Source of the DNA: Myxococcales bacterium
GTDB lineage: Bacteria; Myxococcota; Myxococcia; Myxococcales; 40CM-4-68-19
Length of the DNA stretch: 53,368 nucleotides
Assembly (NCBI GenBank): GCA_036488495.1
Contig: DASXHM010000350.1
Span: 1-53,368, forward strand
Direction of reading: 5' to 3'
Both the position numbers and the translations under genes were made by a program. Under the pieces are notes generated by a model that searched no databases, was not told the DNA's origin, and worked only from the letters and a program-made list of their open reading frames with translations. This document shows, piece by piece, positions 9,219-17,073 of the stretch. How positions within the stretch are numbered: the first letter of the stretch is position 1; each line of letters begins with the position of its first letter.

Positions 9219-9571
9219 GAGCCGCGCTGTCCCGGATGAGCTTCACCAAGCGCGTGGAGTACGAGATCTTTCGCATTCCGCGGGGGACCACCCGGTCGTA
9301 CGGCGAGATCGCGCTGCGGGCGGGGAAGCCGGGGGCGCCGCGGGCGGTAGTGGCGGCGCTGCGCGTGCTCTTGGACGTGCCGTGGTGGCGGGTCGCCCGC
9401 AAGGACGGGACGTTCGCGCCGCAGGTGGCCCGCGAGCAGGAGCAGCTCTTGCGGCAGGAAGGCTGGAAGCCGCCTCGCAAGCCCCGCCGCAAGGCTGCGC
9501 GCAAGCCGCCGTCAAAGCGCGGCCCCAAGGCTGAGCGCAAGCCGCGCCGCAAGCCCGCGCGGAAGGTCTGA
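9215..9571 (+). CDS. alkyltransferase-like (ATL) protein: MGMT DNA-binding domain without the catalytic Cys, plus a basic Lys/Pro/Arg tail
   Basis: 'RIPRGTTRSYGEIA' helix-turn-helix region. 'VPWWRV' sits where MGMT has 'PCHRV'. The tail is 'KPPRKPRRKAARKPPSKRGPKAERKPRRKPARKV'. The ATG overlaps the crcB stop (ATGA at 9215-9218). Confidence 0.75.
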   Translation: MRAALSRMSFTKRVEYEIFRIPRGTTRSYGEIALRAGKPGAPRAVVAALRVLLDVPWWRVARKDGTFAPQVAREQEQLLRQEGWKPPRKPRRKAARKPPSKRGPKAERKPRRKPARKV

Positions 9572-9650
9572 GGGCGGCGCGCCCTGATGTGCGTGGAGAG
9601 GCGACTTTCCCCGCGCGGCGCAGCCCGCCCGCCTCCGCTAGACTTCGCCC

Positions 9651-10763
9651 GTGCCGCTCTACGTGGTCAGCGATCTACACCTGGGCGACACCTCGCTCGC
9701 GACGATGTTCCGCGACTCGGACCAGGGTTTCCGCTTCGCCGACATCTGCTCCGGCATCGCGCGAAACACCGGCAGCGAGCTGGTCTTGCTCGGCGACATC
9801 TTCGACCTCACCGCTACCCAGCCGCCGCCGAAGGGGCTCGCGCAGTTCGGCCGCGCCCTCGACGTGCCGCTCGAGGACAAGCCCACCCGGTCGATCGCCC
9901 AGGTGATGAAGGACATCCGCGAGACCAACGCCGTCGCACTGGACGCGCTGGAGGCGCTCTCCAACGAGGCGGAAGTCACCCTCGTCCCCGGCAACCACGA
10001 CCGGCACCTCGCCGAAGAAGGCGGCCGCGAAGCGCTCGATGCGGCGGGCCTGGCGAAAGTGAAGATCGAGCCGATGGCGGTGCGGCGGGTGATGGACAAG
10101 ATCGTCGTCCTCCAACACGGCCACACCTGGGACCCGGCGAATGCCACCGCCAAAGGCGGCGGCGAGACCATGACGGCGGTCATCCACCACGCCATCGTGC
10201 CCTTCCTGCGGCACTTGAAGCCGCGCTCGAACGTGCGCATCGACCCCGACCGGATCGTCGCGCTGCGCCCGGAGGAGCGGGTGGTGCCGGTGTTGGAGCG
10301 GTGGCTCAAGCCGGGTGTCTACGAGCGCTTCATCGACGCGTTTTTGGAGTTGCTGGTCGCCAACGACTATCTCTCGCGGCCCTTGGCCTGGCTGACGACG
10401 CCGTCGATCATCCGCTCGCGGCTCAAAGCCGACGACGACCTCTGGGAGCGCGCAGGGCATGCCGCGCTGTCGGCGCTGGAAGGAGCGCGGCCCTTGCCGG
10501 GAAAGCCGCCGCCGCCGGACGTGCTCGTCTTGGGGCATACGCATGTCGTGGACTGGGCGGTCGCGGAGGGAGCGCGGCCCGGAATCGAGCGGCTGTATGT
10601 GAATTTGGGAACGTGGAGCGCCCGCGCATCCGACGCGGCGGGGCCGATGGATGCGACGATGCCGCTCCTGCGCATCGATGCGGACGACCGCGTCCTTCGC
10701 GCGCAGCTCTTCGACGTATCCAGCAAGTGGCGAAACCTGCAGCGGTTCGAGGTGAAGCGATGA
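9651..10763 (+). CDS. metallophosphoesterase (calcineurin-like), paralogue B
   Basis: Colinear with 6908..7984: 'VSDLHLGD', 'LLGDIFD', 'PGNHDR', 'LQHGH', 'LGHTHV', 'LYVNLGTW'. GTG start. Confidence 0.8.
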   Translation: MPLYVVSDLHLGDTSLATMFRDSDQGFRFADICSGIARNTGSELVLLGDIFDLTATQPPPKGLAQFGRALDVPLEDKPTRSIAQVMKDIRETNAVALDALEALSNEAEVTLVPGNHDRHLAEEGGREALDAAGLAKVKIEPMAVRRVMDKIVVLQHGHTWDPANATAKGGGETMTAVIHHAIVPFLRHLKPRSNVRIDPDRIVALRPEERVVPVLERWLKPGVYERFIDAFLELLVANDYLSRPLAWLTTPSIIRSRLKADDDLWERAGHAALSALEGARPLPGKPPPPDVLVLGHTHVVDWAVAEGARPGIERLYVNLGTWSARASDAAGPMDATMPLLRIDADDRVLRAQLFDVSSKWRNLQRFEVKR

Positions 10764-11251
10764 AGACGCCTGCGGCCAGCCGGGTGGTGATGACCGAGAC
10801 GGTGCTGCCGGGGGACGGCAACGCGCTGGGCACCGCCTTCGGCGGCAAGATCGCGCAGTGGATCGACGTCGCCGCCGCCATCGCCTGCCAACGGCACTGC
10901 CGGCACCGGGTGGTGACGGCCTCGATGGACGACCTGCACTTCTTGATGCCCATCAAGGTGGGGATGATCGTGGAGTTGCGGGCGCAGGTGAATGCCGCGT
11001 TCCGCACCTCGATGGAGGCGGGCGTGCGGATCGAGAGCGAGGATCCTCTGTCCGGTGAGCGCCGCCATGCCTGCACTGCGTTTCTCACTTTCGTCGCGCA
11101 GGACGAGGATGGCCGGCCGGTGCAGGTGCCGGAGCTGGTCTTGGAGAGCGAAGAAGACCGCAGGCGCCACCAGGACGCGAACGACCGCCGCACCATCCGG
11201 CTTGCGCATGCGAAGGTGCGCAAGGAGCGGCTGCTCGCGGAGCGCAAGTGA
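10760..11251 (+). CDS. acyl-CoA thioesterase (hotdog fold, YciA/BFIT-like)
   Basis: 'NALGTAFGGKIAQWIDVAA...VTASMDDLHFLMPIKVG' is the typical hotdog thioesterase core. ATGA overlap with the preceding gene (10760-10763). Confidence 0.85.
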   Translation: MKTPAASRVVMTETVLPGDGNALGTAFGGKIAQWIDVAAAIACQRHCRHRVVTASMDDLHFLMPIKVGMIVELRAQVNAAFRTSMEAGVRIESEDPLSGERRHACTAFLTFVAQDEDGRPVQVPELVLESEEDRRRHQDANDRRTIRLAHAKVRKERLLAERK

Positions 11252-12276
11252 GGGAGGCGTTCTTCCGCGGCGCATTCGGGCTGCCCGGCCGGGCGGCGGT
11301 CCTCGCGGCCGTTACCGGCGTGGCTTTGGTCGCGCTACCAGCATTGGCTGCGCGCAAGCACGTCAAGGCCCCGGCCGCCGCGCGCCCGGAAGACGACCTG
11401 CGGCTCAAGGGCGATGCCAAGGCGTTCGACCGCGCGGCGGTGTCGTTCAAGCTGCCGGAGGATCAAGCCGAGCTTTCAGCGGAAGAGCCGGTGCGGATTG
11501 AATTCCAGCTCGTCGGGTACGCGATCGGCGCAGTCAAGCCTGCGGGAACGCTCGCGCACGCGCTCGGCGCAACCAAGGCGGCCGGGCCTGTTCCGCATCT
11601 GCATCTGATCGTCGACAACGAGCCGGCCTTCGAAGTGGACGACGCAGCGACGCCGCTCCTCTTGCGCGGCCTTGCGCGCGGTCCGCACATGCTCCGGCTC
11701 GTGTTGTGCCGTCCGTGGCACGAAGTGGTGAAGGCGCCGCACGCGTTCGCGCTGACGCGGTTCTGGGTGGGCCCCAAGTTGGAAGGCAAGTCGGGGCACG
11801 CGGCCGAGTTCGTCGCCTGGCCCGACCCGCACAAGCCGCTCGTCACTTACGTGCTGCCTGCCGGCGACCCGCCGCACGACCTGCGGCTCGATCCGGTTTT
11901 GACGTACGAGACCATGCCGGACCCGAGCGTCGCCACTCCGGGCGAAGGCTCGGACGACGAGGCGCGCGAGGATGACTCGAACGCTGCGAAGGGGGCGAAA
12001 GGGTCGCCGGGCGCGAGCCATGCGCAGACGCAGCGCCGCGAAAAGCCCGTCCTCGACTTCTACCTCTCGAACGTGAAGCTCGGCCGCCGCGGCGACAAGC
12101 TGCGCGTCGTCCTCGACAAGCGCGAGTTGCCGCTCGTCACTGAGTGGAAGCCGCAGCACCTGCGCCGCGCGCGGCCGGGGCCGCACAAGATCACCATCGA
12201 TCTGCTCAATCGAAGAGGTCTGAAGGTGAAGAACGCGTTCAACCGGACCGACCGCGCCTTCGTCTCCGGAGGGTGA
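11248..12276 (+). CDS. secreted hypothetical protein
   Basis: GTGA overlap with the thioesterase stop. N-terminal signal 'AAVLAAVTGVALVALPALAARK'. High GC3 throughout. No family recognised. Confidence 0.65.
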   Translation: MREAFFRGAFGLPGRAAVLAAVTGVALVALPALAARKHVKAPAAARPEDDLRLKGDAKAFDRAAVSFKLPEDQAELSAEEPVRIEFQLVGYAIGAVKPAGTLAHALGATKAAGPVPHLHLIVDNEPAFEVDDAATPLLLRGLARGPHMLRLVLCRPWHEVVKAPHAFALTRFWVGPKLEGKSGHAAEFVAWPDPHKPLVTYVLPAGDPPHDLRLDPVLTYETMPDPSVATPGEGSDDEAREDDSNAAKGAKGSPGASHAQTQRREKPVLDFYLSNVKLGRRGDKLRVVLDKRELPLVTEWKPQHLRRARPGPHKITIDLLNRRGLKVKNAFNRTDRAFVSGG

Positions 12277-12382
12277 CGAACGGCCCGGCATCACGAGGCG
12301 CGTTCGCGAACGACACTCCATTGGCGTCGAAGTTGCCTTTGCGCTCCGCGTCTTGATTCAATGCTGTTCTCCTGGGGGCAAC

Positions 12383-13084
12383 ATGAAGCGCATTCTCGCA
12401 GCCAGCTCGATCCTTCTCGCCAGCGCTTGCAGCGGAGGAGGAGGCAGCGGTGGTGCCATCTCCGCCGCGACCACCGAAACGGCTGTCCCGGTGCCGGCCG
12501 GGATGCATCGCCTGACGCTGCACACCGCAGGCCGCGCCGCATTCCTCTCTGTTCCCGAAGGCCTCCATTGCCCCGGCGCGTGTTTCGCGGATTTCCGCGC
12601 GGGCGAAGAAGTTCGCGTCGATTTGTCCTTGGCGCAGGGGCAATGCGCCCAAAGCATCGATTCCGATCCCGTCGGGTGCCTCAACGCGAGCAACTGCAGC
12701 GTTGTGATGGACCAGGACCGGGAAATCACCTGGCGCACCCAGGACTGCGTCGGCTTTGGAGAGCCGGGCTCGGACGCGGGAAATTCGGTGGCTGAGGACG
12801 CGGGGCCGCCTGCCGTCGGGAAGCACCGGCTTTCCGTTGCCGTCAGCGGCCCGTTCGACGGCGTGCTCTTCTCGTCGCCCGGCGGGATCGCCTGCCCCGG
12901 TCAGTGCGCGGCGGATTACGACGACGACACCGTCGTGCGGCTCGACCTGCGGTTCCTCGACCAGGGCGACGGCGCGTGCATCCCGCCGGACGGGGTTCAG
13001 GGCTGCCAGAACGCGAGCAACTGCACGGTCAAGATGGACGCCGATCACGACGTGTCGTGGACGTTCACGTACTGCCCGTTCTGA
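12383..13084 (+). CDS. lipoprotein with two tandem Cys-patterned repeat domains (InlB B-repeat-like)
   Basis: 'MKRILAASSILLASAC' signal plus lipobox. Two ~85-aa repeats share G.HRL...S.P.G..CPG.C.AD...VR.DL...GC.NASNC.V.MD.D...W...C. Confidence 0.7.
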   Translation: MKRILAASSILLASACSGGGGSGGAISAATTETAVPVPAGMHRLTLHTAGRAAFLSVPEGLHCPGACFADFRAGEEVRVDLSLAQGQCAQSIDSDPVGCLNASNCSVVMDQDREITWRTQDCVGFGEPGSDAGNSVAEDAGPPAVGKHRLSVAVSGPFDGVLFSSPGGIACPGQCAADYDDDTVVRLDLRFLDQGDGACIPPDGVQGCQNASNCTVKMDADHDVSWTFTYCPF

Positions 13085-13124
13085 TCGGGCGCCACGCTCG
13101 CCGCGCGCCTGCTACGATGAGCGC

Positions 13125-13739
13125 ATGAAACTCTATTACGCGATGGCCACCTGCTCCCACGCGCCGCACATCGCGCTGCGCGAGGCGGGCCTCAAGTTCG
13201 ATCTTTGCCGCTTCGACATGAAAGAGCGGACGCTCGACACCGGCGGCAAGCTCGACGAAGTGAACGACAAGGGCTACGTGCCGGTCCTCGAGCTCGACGA
13301 CGGCCAGCGGCTGACCGAAGTCGCGGTGCTCTTGCAGTACATCGCCGACCAGGCGCCTTCGAGCGGCCTCGCGCCGAAGGCGGGCACGATGGAGCGCTAT
13401 CGGCTGATGGAGTGGCTGAACTTCATCGCGACGGAAGTGCACAAGCCCTACTGGCCGCTCTTCCACGAGGGGGCGGAGGTGGAGAACCAGAAGGCTCACG
13501 AAAAGCTCGGAAAGAGCTTTTCGTTGATTCAAAGGCGCCTCGGCAACGGGCCGTATTTGATGGGCGAGCAGTTCACGGTGGCCGATGCGTACCTCGTCAC
13601 GGTGCTCAACTGGACGCGCGCGGCGGGCATCGATCTCGGGAAGTGGCCGGCACTGAAGGAGTACCGCGACAGGGTTCGCAAGCGGCCGGCGGTGATGGCG
13701 GCGATGGAAGCTGAGGGGATGATCCGCAAGGCGAGCTAG
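13125..13739 (+). CDS. gstA: glutathione S-transferase (beta class, GstA-like)
   Basis: 'MKLYYAMATCSHAPHIALREAGLKF...KGYVPVLELDDGQRLTEVAVLLQYIAD' parallels E. coli GstA almost position by position. Confidence 0.88.
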   Translation: MKLYYAMATCSHAPHIALREAGLKFDLCRFDMKERTLDTGGKLDEVNDKGYVPVLELDDGQRLTEVAVLLQYIADQAPSSGLAPKAGTMERYRLMEWLNFIATEVHKPYWPLFHEGAEVENQKAHEKLGKSFSLIQRRLGNGPYLMGEQFTVADAYLVTVLNWTRAAGIDLGKWPALKEYRDRVRKRPAVMAAMEAEGMIRKAS

Positions 13740-13758
13740 CATCTCGCCGGGTTGCAAG

Positions 13759-13933
13759 GGGTCGCCCGTGGGGGGCACGCGCGCGTGCCGCTCATGCACA
13801 ACGGGTCGCCGGTGGGGGGCGCGCGCGCGTGGCACTCCTGGCAAGGGCTCGCCCCTCACGATCTGTGCGGACTATCGCGGAGCTGCGGGCGATCCCTCGA
13901 AGTCGCGCCGCCGCACACGCGCCCCCCACCGGC
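13759..13933. repeat. cluster of GC-rich REP-like intergenic repeats (2 direct copies, 1 inverted)
   Basis: 'gggtcgcccgtggggggcacgcgcgcgtgcc' (13759-13789) and 'gggtcgccggtggggggcgcgcgcgcgtggc' (13803-13833) are direct copies. The inverted copy is 'gccgccgcacacgcgccccccaccggc' (13907-13933). A partial fourth copy 'ccccacgggacg' lies near 14084. Confidence 0.5.
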
Positions 13934-14112
13934 TCTCACGCGCTTACGAGCTGTCTCTATGCTTCCCACGAGCGCGCGGGCGGACCTGGCTGTCTTCTGC
14001 CGTGCTGGCCATCGCTGACTTCGTCCCAGGCACAACGCGGGTGCCGCACGCGCCGCATCGAACACCGATTAGTCCCGTTTCATCCCCACGGGACGTCCGC
14101 TGCGACTGCATG

Positions 14113-14745
14113 TCACCACAGTCCCGGGACGGAGCCCTTCGGATTCGGGATCAGGCTACCTGCGCAAGGTCCACCGCACTTGGCGGCGCTGTCTTGGAGC
14201 GCGGTCGTCAGCTCCTCTGCGAAGGTTGTCTGGAGGTATTCCTTGCGCAGGGCATCGGGAAAGTCGCTTTCGGTGTCGGCCACGCAGAGACAGCCCGGTT
14301 CCCCTTCCACGGGCCGCATTTGCGAGCCGAAAAGCTGCTTATGACCGATGCTGACGAGATACCGGTCGATCGTCAGCGCCACCAATTGTTTGGCGAATGC
14401 GTCGCCCATCTCGGTAGCGCGGCGGGCCCACAGATAGGCTTGAAAGAAATGCTCGGGCGCCTCGCCATGCTGAAAGATCATCGCGGCGGCGCGGAAATCC
14501 GCGGCGGTCGTCAGGCAATGGTCCGCCATCAACCCCGCGATGCGAAGGCGTCGCGCGCGGTCCCGATCGGCGGAGATCGATCTGCGCTCGCGATCGCGCT
14601 GATCTGCTGCGAACAGCTCCCGGGCCTCGCTCGATGCCGCCTCGCGCAGGCTCTCATTGGTTTCGCAGGTGGCGACGTGCTTCTGGCAACCGGCCGACGA
14701 CGCGATCGCGACGAGACACGTCAAGAGTCGCGTCGCAGCGTTCAC
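14113..14745 (-). CDS. lipoprotein of unknown function
   Basis: GTG at 14745, 8 nt after the trxC stop, gives 'VNAATRLLTCLVAIASSAGC' (lipobox). The conserved-looking core is 'AAMIFQHGEAPEHF...LTIDRYLVSIGHKQLFGSQ'. Confidence 0.6.
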   Translation of the reverse strand: MNAATRLLTCLVAIASSAGCQKHVATCETNESLREAASSEARELFAADQRDRERRSISADRDRARRLRIAGLMADHCLTTAADFRAAAMIFQHGEAPEHFFQAYLWARRATEMGDAFAKQLVALTIDRYLVSIGHKQLFGSQMRPVEGEPGCLCVADTESDFPDALRKEYLQTTFAEELTTALQDSAAKCGGPCAGSLIPNPKGSVPGLW

Positions 14746-14755
14746 GAGACAGGTT

Positions 14756-15196
14756 CTACACGTACCGGTCGAGCCAGGCGTCGAGCATCCCCTTCGGCAC
14801 CGCGCCGAGCTGTTTGTCGAGGAAGAGCGGGCCGCGCTGAAGCTGCAGCATCGGGATCGACTGCACGCCAAACCGCGCCGCCAGCCGCTGGTTCTGGTCG
14901 ACGTTGACCTTCACCACTTTCAGCTTCCCCTTCCGCTCGCGCGCCACCTGCTCCAAGACCGGCGCCACCGACCGGCAGGGCCCGCACCACTCCGCCCAGA
15001 AATCGACCAGCACCGGCAGCGGGCTATCCTCGACGTCGCGCTTCCAAGTCGCCTCGCTCACCGCGACCGGTCCTTCCGGAAACACGCTGCCTTTGCAGCG
15101 CCCGCACCGCGGATTGTCTTTCAGCCGCGCCCTAGGAATGCGATTGACCGCGCCGCAGCCCACGCACGGAGTCTCGACTTTGTCGTCATCCAGCAT
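14756..15196 (-). CDS. trxC: thioredoxin 2 type (N-terminal zinc finger plus Trx domain)
   Basis: 'CVGCGAVNRIP...CGRCK' zinc finger followed by the 'WAEWCGPC' active site. Colinear with E. coli TrxC. Confidence 0.88.
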   Translation of the reverse strand: MLDDDKVETPCVGCGAVNRIPRARLKDNPRCGRCKGSVFPEGPVAVSEATWKRDVEDSPLPVLVDFWAEWCGPCRSVAPVLEQVARERKGKLKVVKVNVDQNQRLAARFGVQSIPMLQLQRGPLFLDKQLGAVPKGMLDAWLDRYV

Positions 15197-15280
15197 GGCG
15201 GAAACCTAAGACGACAAACGCGGCCGTCAAATCGCGTAGAAGCTCCGCTGCGGCACGCGATCGATACGTTCTGTCCGAAA

Positions 15281-15874
15281 ATGAACGTTCCAACTGCGAG
15301 GTGCATGGAAACCGATCGCTCAGCAACCATCGCTAATGCCGTGGTCGCTCCGGGCAAATCATTTCAAAGCATGCACGGCTCGCATGCGCAACGCATCGTC
15401 GTGATCGCGCAGAGGGTCCTAGGCAGCCACGACGACGCCGAGGACGTGTCACAGGACGTACTGCTCGACGTGTGGCGGCGGGGCGACGACTTCGATCCGG
15501 AGCGCGGCAGCGTGTCCGCGTGGGTGAGCAGTATCGCACGCCACCGCGCCATCGATCGGCTGCGGCAGCGCGAGCGGGACAAGAGCCTGGCAGAGGACGC
15601 CGCACGGGACGCGCTGACGACCACGAATGCTCCGGGCGTCGAACCGAACTGCGACCGGGGCAGCATACGCCGCGCCATGGCGGCTCTTCCCGCCCCGCTC
15701 TGCCAGGCGCTAGAGCTTGCCTACTTCGAAGGCCTCACACACCGCGAGATCGCCACGCGCACATGCACACCGCTCGGCACGGTGAAGACGCGCCTTCGCA
15801 TGGCGTTGGCGCGCCTGCAGGAAGCCCTGGGGCCGCCCGCGGTCACGAGCGAGCACGTGGAAGACGAATCGTGA
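15281..15874 (+). CDS. ECF-type RNA polymerase sigma-70 factor
   Basis: Region 2 'DAEDVSQDVLLDVWRR...SAWVSSIARHRAIDRLR'. Region 4 'LELAYFEGLTHREIATRTCTPLGTVKTRLRMA'. The start could instead be the ATG at 15305. Confidence 0.75.
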   Translation: MNVPTARCMETDRSATIANAVVAPGKSFQSMHGSHAQRIVVIAQRVLGSHDDAEDVSQDVLLDVWRRGDDFDPERGSVSAWVSSIARHRAIDRLRQRERDKSLAEDAARDALTTTNAPGVEPNCDRGSIRRAMAALPAPLCQALELAYFEGLTHREIATRTCTPLGTVKTRLRMALARLQEALGPPAVTSEHVEDES

Positions 15875-16925
15875 ACACCGAGTCTCCACCTACGCGCTGA
15901 TACTCGATGGTTCCGCCCTGTCGCAACATCAGCTCGCGCGCGAGATGAATGCGTACAGCCACGGGCTCCTCGAGCCCAGCCGTCAGCGTGATCGTCAACT
16001 TGACGAAGTCATCGGCAGCGCACGTGACATGCACGCGGACGCGTGCGTCGCGGCTGGTCTCCGCGCGATCGCGCGCTTCTTCGAAAATCAACGCGGCGGC
16101 CCGGAACAGGCGGTCACGTTCCCAGAAGCCCGTGCACTCTCCCTCCACCGCGAATTCGAAGCGCACGCCCACCCCGGCTGCCAGCTCGGCCAGTATGCCT
16201 TCGCACAGCGCGCGCAGATCGAGCTTCTCGCGGCGCGGCGCGGTTTCGGCACCCAGCGTGAGCTCGGCCAGCTCTCGCAGCGCATCGAGCTGCCCGTCGA
16301 GACGCTCGACCCCGGCTAGGATTCGGACCGCACCCCTCGATTCGCGCGTGCGCAACTCGGCGGCTGCTGCCGAGCGCAAGCTGTCGACGCTGTCGGAGAT
16401 TTCGCCTTCCAATGCGGAGAGGATGAAACCGCGCACCAGCCGCAACCGGCGCTCCTCGAGAAGGCACATCGCGCGGCGCCCCAGCTCCTCGAGCACTTCG
16501 CCTTCGCCGCGGGCAAGCGAGCGCCGCCGCACGTCGAAAACGCCAAGAGCTCCGATGACGGCACCCCCAGGCGCAATCAGCGGAGCTCCCGCGACGAACC
16601 GCGCCCGCCGATTGCCGATTCGCGCCAGCGCGAGACCGGATGGAACGGTCATGGACGAAACCCTGCGGCGCGCCATGGCCCATGCCGCGAACGAACCCTC
16701 GCGTGGAGTTTCATGCCGGCGGATCCCGATCGCGGCCTTGAGGAATTGACGATTGCGATCCACGATGCCGAGGGCCGCCGCCGGCGCGCGCAGCGCACCG
16801 GCAGCGATGCGCACCAGCCGATCGAAATCGGGCTCTCGCGGTGTATCGAGCACGGCGTAGCGCTCGACCGCACGCAGGCGCGCTTCTTCGCTCAACAGTG
16901 ATTTTCGCATTTCTCCGTCTGACAT
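15843..16925 (-). CDS. GAF domain protein with a degenerate histidine-kinase-like C-terminus (no phospho-acceptor His)
   Basis: 'EEARLRAVERYAVLDTPREPDFDRLVRIAA' is a typical GAF N-terminus. The DHp-like segment 'FILSALEGEISDSV' has no His. The catalytic-like domain lacks N-box and G-box residues. The start is ambiguous (16925 or 16985). Confidence 0.68.
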   Translation of the reverse strand: MSDGEMRKSLLSEEARLRAVERYAVLDTPREPDFDRLVRIAAGALRAPAAALGIVDRNRQFLKAAIGIRRHETPREGSFAAWAMARRRVSSMTVPSGLALARIGNRRARFVAGAPLIAPGGAVIGALGVFDVRRRSLARGEGEVLEELGRRAMCLLEERRLRLVRGFILSALEGEISDSVDSLRSAAAAELRTRESRGAVRILAGVERLDGQLDALRELAELTLGAETAPRREKLDLRALCEGILAELAAGVGVRFEFAVEGECTGFWERDRLFRAAALIFEEARDRAETSRDARVRVHVTCAADDFVKLTITLTAGLEEPVAVRIHLARELMLRQGGTIEYQRVGGDSVFTIRLPRARS

Positions 16926-17073
16926 CTTAGGGTGGTACGATCGCCGCGCAGACTCGGTTTTCGCCCGTTTCTCGCTTTGTCGCATGACCGCCAATGCTGC
17001 TCGAGGTGGTCCGGCCGGAAGTCGACATTTCAAGCCGACCTCGCACAATTCCTGACCAGGCCAGCGCCGAAGA

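Noticed and set aside
13830-13845. TGGCAC...GCAA resembling a sigma-54 -24/-12 promoter (a similar TGGCACGGCAC occurs near 36559)
   Set aside because: The -12 TTGC element is not at the required 5-nt spacing, and the site lies inside the REP-like repeat.
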